Assembly: GCA_021792615.1 (NCBI GenBank)
Contig: JAJYUJ010000008.1
Location: 11,900-75,899, forward strand
Source of the DNA: a bacterium
GTDB lineage: Bacteria > JAMCPX01
Length of the DNA stretch: 64,000 nt
Reading direction: 5' to 3'
Part shown: positions 9,538 through 16,113 of the stretch, piece after piece
Position numbering within the stretch: the first letter of the stretch is position 1
Layout: each line of letters starts with the position of its first letter
Translations under genes and position numbers: made by a program
The notes under the pieces: generated by a model
Databases searched by the model: none
The model's input: only the letters and a program-made list of their open reading frames with translations
Told to the model about the DNA's origin: nothing

Positions 9538-11742
9538 ATGACGAAATATCAGGTAACCCAATGGTTTGAAACACATACGTTTCACAGCCAGGATTTCTCA
9601 AATCTCCAGTCTCTTTTACTGTTGAAACAAAAGAGGGGGCTGAAGATCAGCCTCTGCCTGCCGACACTGAATGAAGAGACAACCATAGGAAATATCATAA
9701 CAACATTAAAAACCGCACTCTACGATGATATCGGGCTGCTCGATGAGATCGTTGTGATCGACAGCGCTTCAAGCGACAAAACACGGGATATTGCACAAAC
9801 GCTCGGTGCAAAGGTTTACCTGCATAAGGATATCATGCCCTCGCTCGGCACCTATAAAGGCAAAGGCGAGGCACTGTTCAAAAGCCTGTACGTGCTCGAG
9901 GGCGATATCATCGTCTGGATAGATGCCGATATACGAAACATGGATCCGAGATTTGTCTATGGCCTTATAGGGCCGCTCCTGAGAAACGAGCACATCCTGT
10001 TTACCAAAGGGTTTTATGTCCGGCCCATTCTGTCCGGAAACGACCTGAAACCTGTTGGCGGCGGCAGGGTTACAGAGCTGCTTGCCCGGCCGCTTTTCAA
10101 TGCTTTTTACCCGGAGCTCGCCGGATTTATACAACCCCTCGCAGGCGAGTACGCCGGATTCAAGCACGTGTTCGGGCAAATCCCCTTCCCCACGGGATAT
10201 GGGGTGGAAACCGGTATGCTTATATCCTTGTTGAAACTTATCGGGATAGATGCAATGGCCCAGGTCGATCTGGAAATGCGAATACACAGAAACCAGAGAT
10301 TGACCGATCTGAGCAAAATGTCTTTCGGCATACTGCAAACCTTCATGAAAAGGCTACAGGAAGATAATAAGGTAGAACTCCATGAGAAACTGAACATGGA
10401 ATATTTTCAATCACTGTTGTCATCCGGCGTCAGTAAGATTGATAAATTGATGCTGGAAGAATACGAGCGCGCCCCCGTTGCATCACTGAAGCCTGTTGCA
10501 GAATCTCAACCTTTACCCCGCGTCAAGGTCTCGGCGGAGCAGGGCGATTTTGACATCATGATAGGTATTCCAAGTTTCAACAATGCAGATACCATTTCGC
10601 ATGTACTTGAAGCTGTGACCATCGGGGTTGAAAAATATTTTCCGTCGAGCCGCTGCATCATCATCAATTCCGACGGCGGGTCCAGTGACGGGACACCGGA
10701 TATCGTAAAAACATTCAAGCAAAGAAGTCCGAATATCGTCTACATGACCCATCCCCTGTTTACGGTCCATAAACTCTCTATCCCGTATACAGGCATTCCC
10801 GGGAAAGGCAGTGCCGTAAAACTCATACTGGAGAAAGCTGTGGAGTTCAAAGCAAAGGCATGTGTGCTTGTGGACGCTGACCTCCGCAGCATTTCCCCGG
10901 AGTGGCTGGAAAATCTGCTTGGTCCGGTTATTTATAATCAATACGATTTTGTCGCGCCCTATTATTCGCGGTATAAGTATGACGGTACGATAACGAACAT
11001 GATCGTTTATCCTCTTACAACCGCATTGTACGGTAAATCCCTCCGTCAACCGATAGGAGGGGATTTCTGCATATCTCAAAACCTATTTAAGCTGTATCTG
11101 GAGCAGCCTGTCTGGGCCACGGATATAGCACGGTTCGGCATTGATATATGGCTGTCGACGCTCGCCATTGCCGGAGGGCATCAGGTGTGCCAGTCTTATC
11201 TCGGCACCAAGATACATAAAGCCAAAGATCCCGCGCTGGATCTTGTAAATATGTTCATGCAGGTCGTCGGAACGACCTTCATGCTTATGGAGACATACGA
11301 CAAGGCTTGGGCTGGATTACATGATGTCGATCCAATACCTTTATACGGTTTTGTCTATGAGGCAGTACCCGAGCCGATCAGTGTTGATGTCGAAAGGATG
11401 CAGCGGCACTTCGACGAAGAATTGCCGGAGATTGACAATATACTGCGCATGATATTATCAAATGATGTATACGGGAACGTGATGGCGTTGATACATAAGA
11501 AAGAGTTCCCCGACGATCTCTGGGCAGCGGTCATCTACGAATTCGCCTACGCTTTTCATAAAAAAAAGATAGACAGGACATCATTGTTGAAAACCATGGT
11601 GCCGCTTTACCTCGGGAAGGTCGCATCTTTTGTATACAAGACCCTTTATTCGTCTGCAACGCAGGCCGAAGAATCCGTGGGGGACATCGTAAAGAGCTTT
11701 GTAAAACAAAAAAAGTATCTGGAGGATCTATGGAAAGGGTGA
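9538..11742 (+). CDS. Fusion of two GT2-family glycosyltransferase domains. The N-terminal half is glucosyl-3-phosphoglycerate synthase (GpgS)-like; the C-terminal half is a second GT-A domain with a roughly 150-aa extension.
   Basis: The N half (ISLCLPTLNEETTIG...VVIDSASSDKT...GKGEAL...DADIRNMDP...GGGRVTEL...PFPTGYGVE) aligns motif-for-motif with mycobacterial GpgS. The second half (GIPSFNNADTI...INSDGGSSDGT...VDADL) is another GT-A fold. Confidence 0.7.
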   Translation: MTKYQVTQWFETHTFHSQDFSNLQSLLLLKQKRGLKISLCLPTLNEETTIGNIITTLKTALYDDIGLLDEIVVIDSASSDKTRDIAQTLGAKVYLHKDIMPSLGTYKGKGEALFKSLYVLEGDIIVWIDADIRNMDPRFVYGLIGPLLRNEHILFTKGFYVRPILSGNDLKPVGGGRVTELLARPLFNAFYPELAGFIQPLAGEYAGFKHVFGQIPFPTGYGVETGMLISLLKLIGIDAMAQVDLEMRIHRNQRLTDLSKMSFGILQTFMKRLQEDNKVELHEKLNMEYFQSLLSSGVSKIDKLMLEEYERAPVASLKPVAESQPLPRVKVSAEQGDFDIMIGIPSFNNADTISHVLEAVTIGVEKYFPSSRCIIINSDGGSSDGTPDIVKTFKQRSPNIVYMTHPLFTVHKLSIPYTGIPGKGSAVKLILEKAVEFKAKACVLVDADLRSISPEWLENLLGPVIYNQYDFVAPYYSRYKYDGTITNMIVYPLTTALYGKSLRQPIGGDFCISQNLFKLYLEQPVWATDIARFGIDIWLSTLAIAGGHQVCQSYLGTKIHKAKDPALDLVNMFMQVVGTTFMLMETYDKAWAGLHDVDPIPLYGFVYEAVPEPISVDVERMQRHFDEELPEIDNILRMILSNDVYGNVMALIHKKEFPDDLWAAVIYEFAYAFHKKKIDRTSLLKTMVPLYLGKVASFVYKTLYSSATQAEESVGDIVKSFVKQKKYLEDLWKG

Positions 11743-11839
11743 CCAGCCGTCCATGTAAGCCGGGGTCATCCCGGTCATGCAAGGCCGTTGAGCGGATACG
11801 AACGGCTCTTGCAAAATATTTGTTTAAAGGAGGACTACA

Positions 11840-12529
11840 ATGGAGTTTTTGAACACAATCATCATACAACCTTTTGTTGCCTGGTATCACACCGTGGTGA
11901 GCTATATACCGAATATCCTGACCATGCTGCTTGTCATTATAATAGGATTTATGCTTGCATGGCTTTTCAGACGGATTGCACGGTTTTTATTCAAGTTGCT
12001 GAAGGTCAACGAACTCGGTGAAAAAACCGGTCTTGCCGTAATATTCAGCGATAATTCTCTCAGCGGCATCGGTGAAAGATTCATTTATTGGTTTATCGTG
12101 TTCATTTTCCTCATGCTCGGTCTGAGCGCTCTGAAACTTGCACCTATTGATCACTTGATAACGGTTTTTTTCCTCTACCTGCCGAAACTCATTGCCGCTA
12201 TTGTCATATTCATTTCCGGTTATTTGCTCGCGGATTTCCTGGACCGTATCATGGTGCTTGCTGCGGTCGGCTCTCATCTACCCCATGCAAAAGCAATCGG
12301 CAGGCTGACAAAACTCGCCGTCGTCATATTCTTTGTGTTCATTTCTCTTGACCTGCTTGAGATAGGGAAAAACGTAATCGTCGCTGCGTTCTCCATCATT
12401 TTTGGCGGTGTTGTGCTGGGGCTTGCAATAGCATTCGGATTTGGTGCGAAGGACATTGTAAGGGCATGGCTTGAAAAGCAGATAAAGGATTCGAACAACC
12501 ACAAGGACGACGGCATATCGCACCTGTGA
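11840..12529 (+). CDS. Multi-pass membrane protein with conserved-TM-helix repeats (MscS-N-terminal-like)
   Basis: 229 aa, very hydrophobic, with a repeated helix-Gly pattern and a short hydrophilic C-terminus. Confidence 0.5.
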   Translation: MEFLNTIIIQPFVAWYHTVVSYIPNILTMLLVIIIGFMLAWLFRRIARFLFKLLKVNELGEKTGLAVIFSDNSLSGIGERFIYWFIVFIFLMLGLSALKLAPIDHLITVFFLYLPKLIAAIVIFISGYLLADFLDRIMVLAAVGSHLPHAKAIGRLTKLAVVIFFVFISLDLLEIGKNVIVAAFSIIFGGVVLGLAIAFGFGAKDIVRAWLEKQIKDSNNHKDDGISHL

Positions 12530-12573
12530 GGAATAAACCGAATTAAGTAAAGATACATTTATTCCTGCTCAAA

Positions 12574-12650
12574 TGGTGTGCCTGGCGCGATTCGAACGCG
12601 CGACCCACAGCTTAGAAGGCTGTTGCTCTATCCACCTGAGCTACAGGCAC
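12574..12650 (-). tRNA. tRNA-Arg (anticodon TCT)
   Basis: The reverse complement reads GTGCCTGTAGCTCAGGTGGATAGAGCAACAGCCTTCTAAGCTGTGGGTCGCGCGTTCGAATCGCGCCAGGCACCA. This folds as a cloverleaf with a T-loop GTTCGAATC, anticodon loop CTTCTAA, and an encoded CCA. Confidence 0.85.
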
Positions 12651-12681
12651 ATCTTTCCGAAAGTAAATCATTCATACAACA

Positions 12682-12758
12682 TCGGGGCGAGCCGATTTGA
12701 ACGGCCGACCTCTTGCTCCCAAGGCAAGCGCTCTGGACCAGGCTGAGCTACGCCCCGC
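12682..12758 (-). tRNA. tRNA-Pro (anticodon TGG)
   Basis: The reverse complement reads GCGGGGCGTAGCTCAGCCTGGTCCAGAGCGCTTGCCTTGGGAGCAAGAGGTCGGCCGTTCAAATCGGCTCGCCCCGA. Cloverleaf with anticodon loop CTTGGGA. CCA is not encoded. Confidence 0.8.
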
Positions 12759-13040
12759 TAATAATAATACCTACCAACTTTCCTGGTTAATCTCAACCTT
12801 GCCTTGTCCGCCCGCCCGCTCACCTTCTCGCGGGCGTGAACAAACCTGAGGCTCTTTCTTCATCACCTCGTTCACCCCAAGGCAAGCGCTCTGGACCAGG
12901 CTGAGCTACGCCCCGCTAATACATTACCTATCAAATTCTCTCAGCCTTCACCATAATTGCCTTGTCCGCCCGCCTGCTCACCTTCTCGCAGGCGTGAACA
13001 ATCGTGAGGCTCTTTCTTCATCGCCTCGTTTATTGCATAT
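12716..13040. repeat. Tandem duplication, two units of about 160 bp. Each unit comprises the 5' half of tRNA-Pro plus about 120 bp of its upstream flank and carries an internal CGCCCGC...GCGGGCG hairpin.
   Basis: Unit 1 (about 12716-12875) and unit 2 (about 12876-13040) are around 85-90% identical by eye: ccaaggcaagcgctctggaccaggctgagctacgccccgctaata...ccttgccttgtccgcccgcc(c/t)gctcaccttctcgc(g/a)ggcgtgaacaa... Confidence 0.8.
12876..12917 (-). pseudogene. Truncated tRNA-Pro fragment (5' half through the anticodon loop), produced by the tandem duplication
   Basis: Over about 41 nt it is identical to 12718-12758 of the intact tRNA-Pro. It lacks the T-arm and acceptor 3' strand. Confidence 0.75.
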
Positions 13041-13196
13041 TAATAGTAACAACAATGACCGAGAAATGCAATACTGAAACCATACAATGATTATTTTCCT
13101 TTATTCAAGTACAACTCTACGTGCTATCCTGTACGGAGCTAGTTTAAGTACCGTTCTAAATAAATTATGTATTAAATTACATATAAGGAGAGTGCT

Positions 13197-13403
13197 ATGG
13201 CAAAGACAACCGTTGATATAGATGAGAATCTTTTAAAGGAAGCACGCAAAATCACCCATCTGAAAACGAAGAAGGCTATCATTGAAAGAGGCATCCGAGA
13301 ACTTCTGAGGATAAATTCTCAGGAGCTCTTGAAGCAGGAACTCGGATCTTTCGATATCGAACTTTCACTTGATGAACTAAACAAGAAAAGGAGGCAAATA
13401 TGA
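13197..13403 (+). CDS. VapB-type (DUF2191/PF09957-like) type II antitoxin-like protein, with no cognate toxin gene adjacent
   Basis: 68 aa, MAKTTVDIDENLLKEARKITHLKTKKAIIERGIRELLR, matching the TTxDIDxxLLxEA...TKKxxIExxLREL signature of VapB antitoxins. Confidence 0.55.
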   Translation: MAKTTVDIDENLLKEARKITHLKTKKAIIERGIRELLRINSQELLKQELGSFDIELSLDELNKKRRQI

Positions 13404-13632
13404 CCAGAAAAGGAACAACAGGCGTATGCCCAATCTGCGGGGGCACAAAAAAAGAGGTAAAACTACCTTTACAGCAGACATGGGTTCTGGCATCGTAGTA
13501 GTAAGGGACGTCCCTGCCACGATATGTTCCCAGTGCGGAGCAGATTGGATTAGAGACCCTGTTGCTGCAAAACTGGAGAAGATCGTTGAAGATACCCGAG
13601 AAAACATACTATTGTTGAAGCTACAACGCTGA
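13400..13632 (+). pseudogene. YgiT-type zinc-finger (MqsA N-domain-like) antitoxin-like gene, interrupted by a -1 frameshift in an A7 homopolymer
   Basis: Frame A reads MTRKGTTGVCPICGGTKKEV... then stops. Frame B continues GKTTFTADMGSGIVVVRDVPATICSQCGADWIRDPVAAKLEKIVEDTRENILL. Adding one A to acaaaaaaagagg restores a canonical 77-aa YgiT-type protein (CPxCGG...TTFTxDxGxGVVVxxxVPAxxCxQCGExW). Confidence 0.7.
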
Positions 13633-13840
13633 CCGTATAATGGCCGTTACAGAATTCGGAAAAAATCGAATGTTAAGTTCCCCGAGAATTCCCATAAGAA
13701 ATGTTATGTCAACTATTAATTTCGAATAAGTTAGAACTCTCCCAGAACCTCGTGATTGCCCCGTAATCACCCCATCACATCCGTGGCGCTGCCTTGCCCG
13801 TAGGTTATCCCTTATCAGATCCCATTATTTATTATGTTTC

Positions 13841-14473
13841 TTAATAATGATATAGAAGTGTAATATTTACTGACGTGGTACTTCCATCGCTACTAATCGG
13901 TAAGCTTACTGTTGTATTTGTTCCCCCTCCGGATACATTAATTTTATCATAAGCAAAGTAATGGTAGATTACTTCTGCGCCAAGAGACAGATAACTGGTT
14001 AAGTATCCTTCATACCCAATACCAAGATCGATTCCTATATTTGGATTTGCTGTATATGTCATTTTAGGATTTACATTAGATGTTTGCAATACGCGATTAA
14101 CATAGCCTCCACCGATTAAAAAGTATATGTTGTTTGTCTTATTCAAAGGAATTATAGGTTTTACATTCAAATACGGCAATTCCATAAAGCTCCACGAACC
14201 ATTTAAATTTTGAGGGGAGCTGAATCTGCCAATACCTTGATCATACCCTAACTCTAATGCCAGATAATCAATAAACTGATACCCACCTCTTATTGTCCAG
14301 CCAGGAGCCAGCGAATAACCATCTTCATTCGGGCCAGTTGGATTATCTATCCCAGCACCAACACCAACATATAGCCCATTATGATCGCCAGCAAATACAG
14401 AAGGTGTCATACAAAAACTTACTGTTAATAACGTAGCAACCATAATACTCGTAAACTGAACTATATTTTTCAT
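13841..14473 (-). CDS. Outer-membrane beta-barrel protein (OmpA-like transmembrane domain/porin family)
   Basis: 210 aa with a signal peptide, alternating amphipathic beta-strand pattern, Gly/Tyr-rich composition and a C-terminal aromatic residue (...LLYHY). Low GC. Confidence 0.7.
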   Translation of the reverse strand: MKNIVQFTSIMVATLLTVSFCMTPSVFAGDHNGLYVGVGAGIDNPTGPNEDGYSLAPGWTIRGGYQFIDYLALELGYDQGIGRFSSPQNLNGSWSFMELPYLNVKPIIPLNKTNNIYFLIGGGYVNRVLQTSNVNPKMTYTANPNIGIDLGIGYEGYLTSYLSLGAEVIYHYFAYDKINVSGGGTNTTVSLPISSDGSTTSVNITLLYHY

Positions 14474-14513
14474 AGAGTCTGCCTCCTTTTCTTGGTGCTC
14501 TTATTGATATTCT

Positions 14514-16091
14514 TTAATATATTGCATAAAGGTAACCATCTGTTGAGGCAATATAGATCGTTCCATCTGCTCCGATTGCAGGGGAAGACGAGTAAATTGC
14601 TCCACCTGTTTGATATGTCCACCTTGGAAAACCTGTCGATTTAAATGCAAAGAGCTTGCCATCAGTGGAGCCTACATAGATTGTTCCATCTGCACCGATT
14701 GCTGGAGAAGATTGTATGGGTACAAATGTTACATATATCCATTTTAAAGTTCCATCGGGATTGATTGCATAAAAAAGTCCGCTTGCTGTACCAAAATATA
14801 TTGTTCCATCAGGACCTATGGCAGGGGCAGTTAAAGTAGTTTCTGTAATATCGCTGTCATAATAGTTCCATTGCTCGTCTCCATTTGAATTAATTGATAA
14901 AAGAGAACTGTATTCTATTCCGCCACCATATACGCTGAAGTAAGTACAACCACTTGTTCCTATTGCTGGAGGAGATGCAAGCCCGAACAATTCACCACGT
15001 GGAGCACTGCGCCATTCAGGTGTTCCATCGGGATCAGTGGCACTTTCTATTCCAGCTAGTTGTGTACCGTAAAGTATTCCATTAGTGTCTATTGCTGGTG
15101 CAGTATATGGATATAAAGGAATATCAAAGGAATTCAAATACATTTTAAGAGTACCATTAGAATTTATTGCAAGCAGATCTCCAGATAGATCTCGAGATAT
15201 TACTACATATATAGTTCCATCGGTTCCTATAGTAGGAGAAGAAGGAATAGCGGGGTATACACCAGTCAATGAAGGATGAATCAGTGAATACAAAGCTCCA
15301 ATTTGATAAGTCCATTTCAGAGTGCCATCTTGATTCAGGGCATACAGCATTTCTCCACCGTTGTTAGTGGAATAACCACTTACATAGATGGTTCCATCTT
15401 CTCCTATTGCTGCAACTGGAAAGATAAAATTTTCGGCGGCATAACCGTTTTGAAGTCCTGTACCTCTAATGTTAGATGAAATGTTCCATCCTGTTGAATA
15501 TGTCCATTTTAACCCACCTGTTGAATTCAATGCATACAATATCCCGTTATCGGCACAGATGATGTAGATTGTTCCACTTGCATCTATGGTAGGAGAACCG
15601 CATGCAATACCAATCTGATGCTTCCATCTGAGTGTACCCGTTGTTGAGCTTGTATCAACGCCGCTCAATCCGGTTTGTTCTAAATTCTGCATGTACTTGG
15701 GCCAGGGAGCATTCGTCTGAAGTTTAATGGGTCCTGTAGAAGTTTGTGTATCCAACTTTGTGGTTTCTTTTGTAAATGGAGATGATGAACCAGCATAGGT
15801 AACTGTAACTGTTGCATTCCCTGCATCTCCATACGTATATGGCGATGAGATTGCCACGGTCATATTATGACTATCCGTAGCTATGCTAAACCCATTTGTT
15901 GCGCCCCAAGTGTAATAAAGATTTGCTCCTTGAGGTGCATCTACGTTCACTGATAAAAGGATAATCCCTCCGGGTGCTGGCACTCCAGATTCTGTTATGT
16001 ATCGGATAATCAGTGGTTGATGTTGTGTGTTTTGCTTACCACAATTTATGAGGGCAAGAATACCCACGATGCATATAAAAACTTTTGGCAT
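14514..16091 (-). CDS. Secreted PQQ-like beta-propeller repeat protein (BamB-like fold) with an N-terminal Ig-like region
   Basis: 525 aa with a signal peptide and repeated blades ending in SPAIGxDGTIYVGSxDGxLYA. Low GC. Confidence 0.75.
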   Translation of the reverse strand: MPKVFICIVGILALINCGKQNTQHQPLIIRYITESGVPAPGGIILLSVNVDAPQGANLYYTWGATNGFSIATDSHNMTVAISSPYTYGDAGNATVTVTYAGSSSPFTKETTKLDTQTSTGPIKLQTNAPWPKYMQNLEQTGLSGVDTSSTTGTLRWKHQIGIACGSPTIDASGTIYIICADNGILYALNSTGGLKWTYSTGWNISSNIRGTGLQNGYAAENFIFPVAAIGEDGTIYVSGYSTNNGGEMLYALNQDGTLKWTYQIGALYSLIHPSLTGVYPAIPSSPTIGTDGTIYVVISRDLSGDLLAINSNGTLKMYLNSFDIPLYPYTAPAIDTNGILYGTQLAGIESATDPDGTPEWRSAPRGELFGLASPPAIGTSGCTYFSVYGGGIEYSSLLSINSNGDEQWNYYDSDITETTLTAPAIGPDGTIYFGTASGLFYAINPDGTLKWIYVTFVPIQSSPAIGADGTIYVGSTDGKLFAFKSTGFPRWTYQTGGAIYSSSPAIGADGTIYIASTDGYLYAIY

Positions 16092-16113
16092 ATTTTTTTC
16101 TTCTCAAGAATGC

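Noticed and set aside
12716-13040. attL/attR of a tRNA-integrated genomic island
   Set aside because: The partial tRNA-Pro copy is the 5' half and lies immediately tandem to the intact gene, not at the distal end of the AT-rich segment. No integrase is present. I interpret it as a local tandem duplication, although a decayed att site cannot be fully excluded.
13640-13732. 30-codon ORF (MAVTEFGKNRMLSSPRIPIRNVMSTINFE) between the YgiT-like gene and the OMP gene
   Set aside because: No RBS and no recognisable features. It is short enough to arise by chance in AT-rich DNA.
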